Source of the DNA: a virus
Taxonomy: Duplodnaviria; Heunggongvirae; Uroviricota; Caudoviricetes
Direction: 5' to 3' (one strand)
Virus record (IMG/VR): IMGVR_UViG_3300024343_000007
Span: 1 to 64,000 of that record
DNA length: 64,000 nucleotides
Numbering within the stretch: the first letter of the stretch is position 1; each line of letters opens with the position of its first letter. Shown here in pieces: positions 27,413 through 37,285 of the stretch. The position numbers and the translations under genes were made by a program. Under the pieces are notes generated by a model. The model did no database searches. It had not been told where the DNA came from and saw only the letters and a list, made by a program, of their open reading frames with translations.

Positions 27413-27559
27413 ATGGCAAACTGTAGAGGATGTGGCATGAAGGTAGGATGTGGGTGTCAATTAATTAATGGCCTATGTTCAGCATGCAACAACAAACTTA
27501 AAACTGCTACAAATAGAATAAAAGATGTTATCACCAAGATTAACAGATTGTGTTATTGA
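27413..27559 (+). CDS. small Cys-rich ORF (about 48 aa)
   Basis: Frame MANCRGCGMKVGCGCQLINGLCSACNNKLKTATNRIKDVITKINRLCY. Below the ORF-track cutoff. Starts 2 nt after the upstream stop. Overlaps the next ORF, so one of the two may be spurious. Confidence 0.25.
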   Translation: MANCRGCGMKVGCGCQLINGLCSACNNKLKTATNRIKDVITKINRLCY

Positions 27560-27800
27560 TGCCAGTATTCCTGTTACATTAACACAAATTGATGAAAGAT
27601 TAACATATTGGGCAAAGCTCCAATATAATAATATTGTCTTCTCTTTGAATAATTATATTCCTGGAGAGATAATACAAGATTTATTAAATTACAAACAAAT
27701 ATTAACATACAGACTTTGTAACCCAACCTATGCTATGGTATGTGGTCTTCCCACTACATCTCAAGTTGTAAGTAGAGTTAAAGTGTTAATTTATAAATAA
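27525..27800 (+). CDS. hypothetical protein (91 aa)
   Basis: ORF; overlaps the small Cys-rich ORF at its 5' end. Confidence 0.35.
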   Translation: MLSPRLTDCVIDASIPVTLTQIDERLTYWAKLQYNNIVFSLNNYIPGEIIQDLLNYKQILTYRLCNPTYAMVCGLPTTSQVVSRVKVLIYK

Positions 27801-27807
27801 ATAAACC

Positions 27808-28941
27808 ATGTCTTGTGAAAGTTGCTATAATGGCTGTGTAGAAACTGTATCTGACCAATGTGTTAGATATACAGGTCTTGACAGCATTCCTTTAGATATA
27901 CAATCTGGAGATAATCTTCAGACTGTCTTAGATAATATAATTAATAGTTTAGTTCCTCTTTTAACTGGGGAAGGAGATAGCATTGTTATATTAGAAAGTA
28001 TACGTTGTGCTATTTTAAATGGTTATTTACCTACTCCAAGTGAAGCAGATACTTGGACATCTGCACAGTTGTTTAATGCTTTAGTAAAAGTAGTTTGTGA
28101 CTTACAAGCTCAGATTGATGCAATTGATGCTGAAATAGCTATACTAAATGCTGACTATACAATTGATTGTTTGACTGGTGTAACAGCTAGCTCAGATACA
28201 CATGCTATTGTCCAAGCTATTATAACAAGGCTATGTGATACTATAGCTGATCTTGCTGCTCTTGAACTTGATGTAGCTACAAACTATGTTAAACTATCAG
28301 ACCTTGATGCTTTGATAGCAGCTTATATAGCTAGCTCTTCAGGTGGTTCTTCTATCCAACAGTATTTGAAAATGGTTCCATTTGTAGCATATGAATACTA
28401 TGGACCATTAACTAACTTTGATGGATCAGGAGTTGGTATTCCAAGTCTTGGTTTCTATAAGGTATATTTATGTAATGGTCTTAATGCCACTCCTGATAAA
28501 AGAGGACGTGTTGCTGTTGGAGCTATTGCAAATGTTCCTCCTATTAATATTGGTCTTGATGCTGCTGTAGATCCTAACTTTGTAGGAAATCCAAACTATG
28601 CATTATTTACCACAGCAGGTGCAAATACTGTAACACTTATTACATCACAAATGCCTTCTCACTCACATACTGGAATAGGAACAACAACTGTTACATTAAA
28701 TGATCCTGGTCACTTTCATTTTGTTGGTAATACACCAGAAGGTTGGGATAGTTCAGGTAGTATTGGTATTGTAAATAGAACTCCTAAGAATGTTCAAACT
28801 ACAACTAGTACAACTGGAATAACAGTTACTTCTAACAATCCTGGTAACGTAGCTATTGGAATTGATAACACAGGTGGTGGTGGTTCTCATGCAAACATTC
28901 AACCTGTTATTGCTGCGTATTATATAATGTATATTCCTTAA
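27808..28941 (+). CDS. Tail-fibre-like protein (377 aa) sharing an N-terminal Cys-containing module with the collagen-like fibre
   Basis: N-terminus MSCESCYNGCVETVSDQCVRYTGLDSIPLDIQSGDNLQTVLDNI parallels [13 protein letters not shown]...[23 protein letters not shown] of the next gene (C..C..Y...C..YTG...IQ(S/T)G(D/Q)NL...L..I). Ala/Ile-rich coiled-coil mid-region; Gly-rich C-terminus. Confidence 0.5.
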   Translation: MSCESCYNGCVETVSDQCVRYTGLDSIPLDIQSGDNLQTVLDNIINSLVPLLTGEGDSIVILESIRCAILNGYLPTPSEADTWTSAQLFNALVKVVCDLQAQIDAIDAEIAILNADYTIDCLTGVTASSDTHAIVQAIITRLCDTIADLAALELDVATNYVKLSDLDALIAAYIASSSGGSSIQQYLKMVPFVAYEYYGPLTNFDGSGVGIPSLGFYKVYLCNGLNATPDKRGRVAVGAIANVPPINIGLDAAVDPNFVGNPNYALFTTAGANTVTLITSQMPSHSHTGIGTTTVTLNDPGHFHFVGNTPEGWDSSGSIGIVNRTPKNVQTTTSTTGITVTSNNPGNVAIGIDNTGGGGSHANIQPVIAAYYIMYIP

Positions 28942-28962
28942 TTTATTTAAACTAATAATAAA

Positions 28963-31149
28963 ATGGCTTGCAACCCTGGCGATCCTTGTTATAACGCATA
29001 TTATCATCCTAATGAAAACTGTAATTCACTTCCTTGTGCAACTACAGCAAATCTTGTTATATATAATGGACCTAACTTACCTTACACAGGAATACAAACT
29101 GGACAAAACTTAGACTGTGCACTATCATTAATAGATGATGCTTTTAGTAATGGTGTAGTAGGATTGAATGGAACCTCTGGTACTTCAGGTTCCTCTGGCT
29201 CTTCTGGTAGATCTGGAACTAATGGAACATCTGCAACCTCTGGTGCTACAGGTCCTTCTGGATCAAATGGTACTTCTGGTTCATCTGGAGTTACAGGTTC
29301 ATCTGGTACATCATCAAATGGTTCTAGTGGTACAAGTGGTTCTTCTGGTAGAGCTGGTTCAAATGGAACTAGTGGCTCTGGTGGTGTAAGTGGTACAAAT
29401 GGTTTAAGTGGTACTTCAGGTACTTCTGCTACTAGTGGTACTTCTGCTGCTGATGGAACTTCTGGAACATCTGGAACTAATGGAACTACTGGAACAGATG
29501 GAAGTTCTGGAACTAGTGGTCAGGATGCCACAGCAGGAACATCTGGTCAAGATGCTACAGCTGGTACAAGTGCAACTTCAGGTACCTCTGCATCTAGTGG
29601 ATTAACTGGTACAGCTGGAACATCTGGCACATCAGCATCTTCTGGAACTGCAGGTCTAGATGGAGATAGATATTTAACAAGTTCTACAACTTCTTTATTA
29701 ATAGGAGCAGGAGCAAAGAGTTTAACAGTAGGAACAGGACTAGCATATAGTATTGCACAGACAGTTATCATAGTATATGATGTAAGCAATACAATGCAAG
29801 GAACTGTTACCTCTTACAATAGTGGAACAGGTGCTATGGTGGTTAATGTCACCACAGCAGTGGGTGCAGGAACTTATGCTGTATGGACAGTGAATCTGTT
29901 TGGTGCAGCTGGTGGTAATGGTACTTCTGGAATTAATGGCACGTCTGGTACAGCTGGTACGTCTGCTTCCTCAGGCACATCTGGTACTACAGGTACCTCT
30001 GGTACCACAGGTACTACAGGTACGTCTGGAACAACAGGCACCTCAGGTAGCACAGGAACATCAGGCACAACAGGGACTACAGGTACATCAGGTACTGCTG
30101 CCACTTCTGGTACAAGTACTGGTACAAGTGGTACAAGTGGTACAAGTGGTGTTGCTGGTCCTACAGGTCCAGTAGGACCTACTGGACCACAAGGCATTGC
30201 AGGCCCTACTGGACCACAAGGTATTGCAGGTCCAACAGGCCCTACTGGTCCTCAAGGTGCACAAGGACCTCAAGGTGTAATAGGATTAACTGGTCCAACA
30301 GGCCCAACAGGTCCTCAGGGTTTAAAGGGTGACACTGGTTTAACTGGTCCCACTGGACCTCAAGGTGTAAAAGGTGATACAGGTGATGCTGGAGCCAATG
30401 GTACATCTGGTACATCTGGTACTAATGGAACAAGTGGTTCTTCTGGATCATCTGGTTCTTCAGGATCAAGTGGATCTAGTGCAACTTCTGGAGCTACTGG
30501 AACATCTGGTTCAAGTGGATCATCTGGTTCATCTGGTTCATCTGGATCTTCTGGTTCAAGTGGTGCTGGAACTATAAGTGGTACAACAAATAACCTTGCT
30601 AAGTTTACTAGTGCCACAGCAGTTGGTAATGCTCCTATAACAGATAATGGAACTGTAGTTAATTTTACTAGATATGTATCTATTAATGCTGTTGGTGGCT
30701 TAGGACAAAGTCTTGAATGTAGTGGAAGTGTATATAGTGGTACAGAAATAAAGAGTAGTGGTCACTTTGTAAATGATGTTGCAGATAAAGGTATATATAA
30801 CTCAGCATTAGCTTTTTCATTTTATGCAATTACAGCTACAGGATGGGTATCTAATACAGCCATCTCAGCAACAGGATTTTTTGAGACATCAGATATTAGA
30901 TATAAAAATGTATTAGAATATAATCCTCAAATAGATTTATTAGGTATAGACGTAATTAAGTTTATAAGAACTGACAATGACACAGATAAAGTTAGATATG
31001 GTTATTCTGCTCAACAAGTACAATCAATACTTCCAGACGCAGTTACAGGAGAAGATAAACTATCTGTAAATTACATGGACGTACATACATTAAAGATAGC
31101 AGCATTAGAAAAAAGAATTGCAGAATTAGAAGCTAAATTAAACAAATAA
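28963..31149 (+). CDS. Collagen-like-repeat tail fibre with C-terminal intramolecular chaperone (peptidase S74-type) domain (728 aa)
   Basis: Long G-X-Y repeat blocks ([10 protein letters not shown]..., [16 protein letters not shown]...). The C-terminus has SDIRYKNV (the SDxRxKxN autocleavage-site motif of endosialidase-type intramolecular chaperones) and [17 protein letters not shown] (the IGFIAQEV..LPELV-like core), ending in a coiled coil ([15 protein letters not shown]). Confidence 0.75.
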   Translation: MACNPGDPCYNAYYHPNENCNSLPCATTANLVIYNGPNLPYTGIQTGQNLDCALSLIDDAFSNGVVGLNGTSGTSGSSGSSGRSGTNGTSATSGATGPSGSNGTSGSSGVTGSSGTSSNGSSGTSGSSGRAGSNGTSGSGGVSGTNGLSGTSGTSATSGTSAADGTSGTSGTNGTTGTDGSSGTSGQDATAGTSGQDATAGTSATSGTSASSGLTGTAGTSGTSASSGTAGLDGDRYLTSSTTSLLIGAGAKSLTVGTGLAYSIAQTVIIVYDVSNTMQGTVTSYNSGTGAMVVNVTTAVGAGTYAVWTVNLFGAAGGNGTSGINGTSGTAGTSASSGTSGTTGTSGTTGTTGTSGTTGTSGSTGTSGTTGTTGTSGTAATSGTSTGTSGTSGTSGVAGPTGPVGPTGPQGIAGPTGPQGIAGPTGPTGPQGAQGPQGVIGLTGPTGPTGPQGLKGDTGLTGPTGPQGVKGDTGDAGANGTSGTSGTNGTSGSSGSSGSSGSSGSSATSGATGTSGSSGSSGSSGSSGSSGSSGAGTISGTTNNLAKFTSATAVGNAPITDNGTVVNFTRYVSINAVGGLGQSLECSGSVYSGTEIKSSGHFVNDVADKGIYNSALAFSFYAITATGWVSNTAISATGFFETSDIRYKNVLEYNPQIDLLGIDVIKFIRTDNDTDKVRYGYSAQQVQSILPDAVTGEDKLSVNYMDVHTLKIAALEKRIAELEAKLNK
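29150..30580 (+). repeat. Low-complexity (GGT/ACT/TCT)n coding repeat encoding collagen-like Gly-X-Y tracts
   Basis: Visible triplet periodicity. It generates multiple spurious ORFs in all other frames on both strands. Confidence 0.8.
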
Positions 31150-32804
31150 TGAGTTGGAATACATTACTACCTAATCAGTGTATATCATTTAATAATTTAC
31201 AAGATGCTTGTAACACAGGATTGTTTTTCTTTAGTCAACCTATTCCTGTAAGTAATGAACAAATTACCAAACAAGATTTTGAAGATTATATAGTTGTACC
31301 TAGTAGTGTATCAGAATATCCTCCATTTGCTAATAAGTCTCAAAATCAACTAATTGTAAAAGACAACGTTGCATTGTATGGAGGTGCTACACTAGTTCCT
31401 AATTATGGTATATCTTTCACAGGAATATATTATTATGATTTTACTTATCAAGTACCAGTGGGACTTTGGAGTCTTCCTGCATCTTCAACTCAAACTTCTC
31501 AATACTATTCTCAATTTGGTAGTAGTCTTGACCCTTTTTTATATATAGAAGTTGATGGTACTAGTACTAGCCCATCAGGATTTTTTAGTGTGACATTATC
31601 TGTAAATGGAAATGTAGTCTCTGATGGTACTTTTTTTAATGTAAGTGGACCACAATATACTTTAATTCCTCTTAATTATGAAACTATATATGCTCCTAAT
31701 GATATAGAATTAACTATCATTGATGGACAAGCAACTCCTATAAATGTTAACTTCCAAGATCAGAATGGAGGAATTCCTATAACAGCAGTATCTATGAATA
31801 GAGGATCTGGTCAATATCAAATGGTAGCAACTGGTTCTGCTGGAGGAAATATAGGTTTCTTACAAGGAAGTTTATATAGATCTATTGATTATGGTGCAAC
31901 GTGGCAAGCATCTTCTACAAATACATTATATTATTGGCAAAGAATAGCAATGTCTGACACTGGTCAGTATATGATTGCTAGTTCATTAAATGGTCCACTA
32001 TTTTTATCTAGTAATTATGGTGCGTCTTATGATGATATAACTCTAAGAGTAAATGCTCATACACAAGAATATTTTGAAGGAACAGGAATGTCTGGAAATG
32101 GACAATATATAATAGTTTGTTATGAAGAACCAGGTGGTATAACTTTTAGTACAAAGATTTCAAATAACTATGGAGCTAATGGATCTTGGTCGTATGTTCC
32201 AGGATTAATAGCACAACAGTATAGAAGTATACAAGGAGTAGCAATAAGCAATGATGGTCAATATATGTATCTTTCATATACTGATTTTTCTTATGGATAT
32301 GTAATGAGATCATCTAACTATGGTGTAACTTGGCAAACAATAAGTGTTGGAACTCAATATGTAGTAGATATTAGTTGTAGTAGTGATGGTTCAACTGTTG
32401 TTGTAACAGGATCTACTAGTGGTTTTGGTGGAGGATATTTATCAAGAGGATATATGTTTAAGTCTACTAATTATGGAGCATCTTTTACCAGTATTACAAA
32501 TGGAGACTCTTTAAGAAGGTGGTACAGAGTTGGACAATTATATACATCTACATCTCCTTCTGGATATGGCACTGTAATGACTTATGCAGGTGACTCTCCT
32601 AACCAAATAACTTTTCCAGCAGAAACATATCCTGTTGGTGGTGATACTTTAGGATCTGTTATTAATAGTAATCTTACTGGTATGGGACAAAGACCATTTA
32701 CAGATTGTGCTGTAGGTGGTACAGATGGAGTATATAGATTACTTGCATCAACAACTGGATTATTTAGATCAATAACTGGAGGAGGCTCATGGACTCAACT
32801 TTAA
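31149..32804 (+). CDS. Asp-box (BNR) repeat beta-propeller protein, probable fibre/receptor-binding or glycan-interacting protein (551 aa)
   Basis: Five copies of the Asp-box/BNR signature S-x-(D/N)-x-G-x-(T/S)-W/F/Y (SIDYGATWQ, SSNYGASYD, SNNYGANGSW, SSNYGVTWQ, STNYGASFT) plus a C-terminal GGGSWTQL, at the regular spacing of a propeller. TAATG-coupled to the fibre gene. Confidence 0.65.
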   Translation: MSWNTLLPNQCISFNNLQDACNTGLFFFSQPIPVSNEQITKQDFEDYIVVPSSVSEYPPFANKSQNQLIVKDNVALYGGATLVPNYGISFTGIYYYDFTYQVPVGLWSLPASSTQTSQYYSQFGSSLDPFLYIEVDGTSTSPSGFFSVTLSVNGNVVSDGTFFNVSGPQYTLIPLNYETIYAPNDIELTIIDGQATPINVNFQDQNGGIPITAVSMNRGSGQYQMVATGSAGGNIGFLQGSLYRSIDYGATWQASSTNTLYYWQRIAMSDTGQYMIASSLNGPLFLSSNYGASYDDITLRVNAHTQEYFEGTGMSGNGQYIIVCYEEPGGITFSTKISNNYGANGSWSYVPGLIAQQYRSIQGVAISNDGQYMYLSYTDFSYGYVMRSSNYGVTWQTISVGTQYVVDISCSSDGSTVVVTGSTSGFGGGYLSRGYMFKSTNYGASFTSITNGDSLRRWYRVGQLYTSTSPSGYGTVMTYAGDSPNQITFPAETYPVGGDTLGSVINSNLTGMGQRPFTDCAVGGTDGVYRLLASTTGLFRSITGGGSWTQL

Positions 32805-32823
32805 TATAAAAACCAAATATAAA

Positions 32824-33678
32824 ATGACAGTATTAGTAACATTAACTTTAGCTGGGGTAGATACAGGACCCTTTAATCTTTATTCAGATGCTGATGGCTT
32901 TACAACAGCATTAGCATCTGGTATATCAAAAGCTGCTTTGCAAGCAGGATATAGTCTTACAGGTGTGCCTGATAATGCTACAATCATTAGAACACAATCT
33001 GAAGGAGCTTGTGTAAACTTTATTGATATGTTTATCAGTGGAACAATAACCACTACAACAACATCAACTTCTTCTTCTTCAACAACAAGTACAACTACTA
33101 CAAATCCATTGGGTTGTTTAACTGGTGATACAAACGCAATTGCTACATGCTCTGCAGGTGATTCATCATTATTTACAGTGACAGCAGGTAATACAGCATT
33201 TATTACTCCTGGTGGATATTACTACTCTGGAACTGGTACAAGATACTATTCAGCATACATCATGGACGCTGCAAACACAACTGTACTATATACATTTAGC
33301 TATGTCCAAGTAGGTTCTAATCCAGGAACATGGACATCTAGTTTAACAAATTACATTCTACCTGCAGGTACGTATCGTTTAAGAACTGATATAGTAAACT
33401 GTTCAACCAATGGCTCTGGTACATTTAGCTTAGTTGCCACTTGTAATGATAGCTACTACTATTACAACATACTAAGATTGGATTGTACACAAGATTGTGC
33501 AGAAGGAACAACTGCTGTAGGAAGAGCTACAAATGCATTAGACCTTGGTTACTTCTATCATCCACCTGCAAGCACTGATGTTTATGAAATATTAAACCCT
33601 GTAGCTGGACCTTACTTTAATGTAGATTTATTTGGCTCACCAAGCAGATCAACCTGCTCTGAAGCTTGTACTGCTTAA
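32824..33678 (+). CDS. hypothetical tail/fibre-associated protein with Thr/Ser-rich linker (284 aa)
   Basis: ORF with TTTTTSTSSSSTTSTTTTNP linker and multiple Cys. Followed by a terminator. Confidence 0.55.
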   Translation: MTVLVTLTLAGVDTGPFNLYSDADGFTTALASGISKAALQAGYSLTGVPDNATIIRTQSEGACVNFIDMFISGTITTTTTSTSSSSTTSTTTTNPLGCLTGDTNAIATCSAGDSSLFTVTAGNTAFITPGGYYYSGTGTRYYSAYIMDAANTTVLYTFSYVQVGSNPGTWTSSLTNYILPAGTYRLRTDIVNCSTNGSGTFSLVATCNDSYYYYNILRLDCTQDCAEGTTAVGRATNALDLGYFYHPPASTDVYEILNPVAGPYFNVDLFGSPSRSTCSEACTA

Positions 33679-33689
33679 GATACCAAAAA

Positions 33690-33745
33690 ATCCTGTTTAT
33701 TGGTTTACAGGATATCCCCTGGCCTTTCAAGGCTGGGGGTTTTTG
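33690..33745 (+). terminator. Tandem hairpins plus T-run: Rho-independent terminator
   Basis: Hairpin ATCCTGT (33690-33696) / ACAGGAT (33707-33713), then CCCCTGGCC (33716-33724) / GGCTGGGGG (33731-33739) (9 bp including 2 G-U pairs, loop TTTCAA), followed by TTTTT (33740-33744). Confidence 0.6.
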
Positions 33746-33858
33746 TTTAAACTCTAACTAAAAAAGTTATTCTATATAACCAAAATAGTTAGGTTATTTT
33801 TGGGAATTTCAGAAATAGTTCCTATCTTTACAATAATTTTAACCAAAATAAACTATAT

Positions 33859-35109
33859 ATGCCTGACTATCAAGCATTGCTGAACCAGCTAGAAGAGATT
33901 TTGCACTGGAAAAAGAGTAAAAAATTCTACGCTGATAAGCTTGGAATTGCAGAATCAGACGTTGATGAGTTATTAAAAGAGTTGAGAACTAGAGAAAGTA
34001 TTATACAAGAAGCAGAATTAGGTAACTACATTTCTGAGTTAGAGGAAACAATAGTAAGATTTGAAGAAGACATTCTTAAAGGAACTGGAGAGATTGTCAT
34101 CAATACAAAGGATGAAATCAAGAGCTTAGATGAGCTCATAGTAAAGTGTAAGATTGACACAGATAAATGGGAAATCACCAAATACGTACAGAACTACTGG
34201 GGAAATGGAGAAACACCCCATTGGCAAGTCAAAGCATGGTTAGGGAAGAAGTCTACAGAACAAGTTTTTCAAGATGCGTTTGTAGACTTTTTAGATTCAT
34301 ATAAGCCTGTGTCTCAAGAAGTTATGAGTCCTAAGTGGGAAGGAAATAAGTTTCCTGCTATGTTAATCATTAACAAACAGGATTCTCATTTAAACAAATA
34401 TGACATTGATGGCAATAATAATATTACTGACAGACTAGCTAATATTATGTACAAGGTAGAGGTGATTGCTAATCAAGCAACACTTTCAAATAACTTAGAT
34501 CAAATTACATATATCCTTGGTTCTGATGAGTTTAACAGTGAGTTTACAGGAATGACCACAAAGGGTACTCCTCAAACAAACACTCATACATATCAAACAT
34601 CTTTTGAATATATCTGTGGACACGAGGTGTTGATGATTACAATGTTATTACAATATGCTGAGAATGTAAATGTTGTGTATGTAGCAGGTAATCATGATGA
34701 GTTTGTAGGATGGCATATGGTTAATTGGTTACAAACTTACTTTAGAAATACAGAGAGATTAACATTTGATTGTTCTCCTAAGTATAGAAAGTATGTAAGT
34801 TATGGTGGTTCAGCATTGATGTTTAATCATGGAGATGCAATTAAGCCTGCAAAGCTTGCTGCATTGTTTCCAATAGAATATAGAGAAGGATGGTCTTTCC
34901 ATAATAACTTCTATATCTTCACAGGAGATAAACATCATGAAGTGAGTCATGATTTCAATGGTATTAAGTTTTACCAAATTCCAGCATTCTCTAATGCTAA
35001 GAGTCTTTGGGATGATAAGAATGGTCACACTATGTCCAAAGCAGAAGTGACAGGGTTCTTGATAGAACAAGGCTCAGGAATGACAAATATATTCAAACAG
35101 TATTTATAA
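33859..35109 (+). CDS. Calcineurin-like metallophosphoesterase-domain protein (416 aa) with N-terminal coiled-coil region
   Basis: C-terminal half contains VYVAGNHDE (GNHD/E motif), FNHGDA and IFTGDKHHE (GD/H-containing metal-ligand motifs) in the order expected for a metallophosphatase. Preceded by TATTTTTG (-7 box) and the conserved AACCAAAATAAACTATATATG start context. Confidence 0.45.
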   Translation: MPDYQALLNQLEEILHWKKSKKFYADKLGIAESDVDELLKELRTRESIIQEAELGNYISELEETIVRFEEDILKGTGEIVINTKDEIKSLDELIVKCKIDTDKWEITKYVQNYWGNGETPHWQVKAWLGKKSTEQVFQDAFVDFLDSYKPVSQEVMSPKWEGNKFPAMLIINKQDSHLNKYDIDGNNNITDRLANIMYKVEVIANQATLSNNLDQITYILGSDEFNSEFTGMTTKGTPQTNTHTYQTSFEYICGHEVLMITMLLQYAENVNVVYVAGNHDEFVGWHMVNWLQTYFRNTERLTFDCSPKYRKYVSYGGSALMFNHGDAIKPAKLAALFPIEYREGWSFHNNFYIFTGDKHHEVSHDFNGIKFYQIPAFSNAKSLWDDKNGHTMSKAEVTGFLIEQGSGMTNIFKQYL

Positions 35110-35846
35110 TGGCTACATTAAGAAAAATGGTCTCAGATGTTCGTGCAATGCACAAACTATTAACAACAGATAACCTTATCACTGATAGGGTTGTTGCGTC
35201 TGAGATCAGGAACAATACATTTTTACTAATTAAGAGAGAAACAAATCTTAGAAAGCTTTGGGCTACTGATACAGTATTCCAGACACTTCCTTGTTTGAGT
35301 ATGGTAGAGGTTCCTATTTCTGATTGTTGTGAGTATGTAGATCCTTGCAATGTAGCAAGAAGCCAATATAAACTTCCTCGCATCAGTGAAGGAAACTATC
35401 AATATCTTATCCAAGGTGTTTACTCTATCAACGCTATGGGTGGTAAAGGAAGAAGATTTAAAGAGATCACAATTAACAGATATTTAAATTTATTAAAGCT
35501 GCCTATCATTAAGAAAGAGCAATACTACTGGATAGCAAATGGTGGATATTTATATGTTAATAATCCTAGTTTACAATCAGTAAGAATTGCTGCATTCTTT
35601 GAAGAAGATATTCCTAATGATATATTATATCCATCAGACTGTGCATGTGGTCCTACTCCTCCAGTAAGTAATGAAGATTACTGTTTAAACCCTTTAGATA
35701 AAGAGTTTGGATGTCCTGGTTACTTAGAGAAACAAGTATTAGAGTTAACATCTCAAAAACTATTATCTACTTACTTTAGCATTAAAACAGACATGACATT
35801 CGATGGTATAGATGGTCAAGCTCCTAATGCTAAACCAACTAGCTAA
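35109..35846 (+). CDS. hypothetical protein (245 aa)
   Basis: ORF, TAATG-coupled to the upstream gene. Confidence 0.55.
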   Translation: MATLRKMVSDVRAMHKLLTTDNLITDRVVASEIRNNTFLLIKRETNLRKLWATDTVFQTLPCLSMVEVPISDCCEYVDPCNVARSQYKLPRISEGNYQYLIQGVYSINAMGGKGRRFKEITINRYLNLLKLPIIKKEQYYWIANGGYLYVNNPSLQSVRIAAFFEEDIPNDILYPSDCACGPTPPVSNEDYCLNPLDKEFGCPGYLEKQVLELTSQKLLSTYFSIKTDMTFDGIDGQAPNAKPTS

Positions 35847-36322
35847 TGCGAACCAAGATTGATTGGAGAAGCTCCAGTAAAGAAAACTACAACAACTTCT
35901 GCAAAAAAAACCCCACTGTAAAAATTACATTTGATCAGTGGAAAAACATTATATATCAATATAATGAACATTTCAAAAACTACATTCTAGAAACAGGAGA
36001 AAGAGCAAGACTTCCTTTTGGCTTTGGTGAGTTCTCTATCAATAAAAAGAAGAGAAAGAAGATGAAAACAGTTGATGGTAAAGAGATGGTTAACTTACCA
36101 GTTGATTGGAAAAGAAGCAGAGAAAAAGGCAAGATCATCTACAACTTCAATTACCATACAGAAGGTTACTTCTTTGGATGGATGTGGTTTAAAGAGTCTG
36201 CTAGAATTAGAAATATAAATCTTTGGTATTTCAAACCCTCTCGTACAACTTCTAGATTGTTGTCCCATTACATAAACACAGACGAAAAATACCAGCACCT
36301 TTACAGGCAATGGAAAAATTAA
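35846..36322 (+). CDS. hypothetical basic protein (158 aa)
   Basis: ORF, TAATG-coupled. Lys/Arg-rich (KKKRKKMK). Confidence 0.5.
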   Translation: MRTKIDWRSSSKENYNNFCKKNPTVKITFDQWKNIIYQYNEHFKNYILETGERARLPFGFGEFSINKKKRKKMKTVDGKEMVNLPVDWKRSREKGKIIYNFNYHTEGYFFGWMWFKESARIRNINLWYFKPSRTTSRLLSHYINTDEKYQHLYRQWKN

Positions 36323-36328
36323 AACAAT

Positions 36329-37285
36329 ATGGCATATTATTACAAATACAACTTTGTCTCTCCTGAGCCAATCTACTCTATTGTTAAAGAAGAGTTAAAA
36401 TCTTATTTTGACACAGGAGCTGTTGATGATTTGATGTTCCCAACTTATTTAGACAAGTGTCTACAAAAGATGGGTAGGTCAAGTTATGTCATTGCTGAAC
36501 AAACATTAGATATCTCTGGATACGAAGCTAGACTTCCTGACAACTTCTTTGCTGTTAGAGAAGCTTGGATGTGTACAGAGATTCCTCAACGTCCATATCA
36601 AACAGCTAACTCATTCTATTCTCAAGCTGCATCTCAGACTACTATTCAAGTCTCTCCTATCATTAGTGGTGGAGTTCCTTGCGTAGAACCTAATTGTACA
36701 ACAGGATGCCCTACGTGTATGCCTGATATCATCCAAGCTGTATATAAAACCAATCAACAAGTAGCTAGAGGTATAAGAAAAGAATATCTATTAAAACCAG
36801 GCAATATATCTTGTCAAGGTAAGTGTGATGTAAGTTATACAGATGCTTGGCAATTCTATTCAACTGCTCCTCCTGTACATGAGTTTACTCCAGGAAGTGC
36901 TGGTTATGATAGCTTTGATATTAGAGACAATAAGTTTGTCACTAACTTTAGCTGTGCTATAGTTCACATGATATTTTATGCTACAGACTATGATGCTATA
37001 GGTAATCAATTGATTCCTGATAACTATCGTGTCAGAGAATATATAGAAGCGTTCCTTAAATACAAAGTTTTTGAAACCTTATCTAATCAAATTAATGATG
37101 AGACATTCAATCAAATACAAGCTAAGTTAGCCTACTATAAGCAACTTTCAGAAGAAGCCTTTATCATGGCTTACATTGAGATTAAGAAACAAGATCCATG
37201 GACAAAGCAAAGAAGAGTAAGAAATGACTTACAACGTTTTGCACAATATGAATTACCAAACAGAAGCTCAAGATATGGCAGATAA
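36329..37285 (+). CDS. hypothetical Cys-rich structural protein (318 aa)
   Basis: ORF with a Cys cluster (CVEPNCTTGCPTCMPD; CQGKCD). Its 3' end overlaps the start region of the following giant gene. Confidence 0.55.
   Translation: MAYYYKYNFVSPEPIYSIVKEELKSYFDTGAVDDLMFPTYLDKCLQKMGRSSYVIAEQTLDISGYEARLPDNFFAVREAWMCTEIPQRPYQTANSFYSQAASQTTIQVSPIISGGVPCVEPNCTTGCPTCMPDIIQAVYKTNQQVARGIRKEYLLKPGNISCQGKCDVSYTDAWQFYSTAPPVHEFTPGSAGYDSFDIRDNKFVTNFSCAIVHMIFYATDYDAIGNQLIPDNYRVREYIEAFLKYKVFETLSNQINDETFNQIQAKLAYYKQLSEEAFIMAYIEIKKQDPWTKQRRVRNDLQRFAQYELPNRSSRYGR

Noticed and set aside
29168-30617. Eight overlapping ORFs on both strands (29168-29389+, 29408-29605+, 29547-29789-, 29874-30197-, 29900-30175+, 30088-30273-, 30360-30617-, 30374-30577+)
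   Set aside because: All lie inside the (GGT/ACT/TCT)n collagen-like repeat of the 728-aa fibre gene. They have Leu/Val/Pro/Gln low-complexity translations typical of alternative frames of triplet repeats. They are artefacts.
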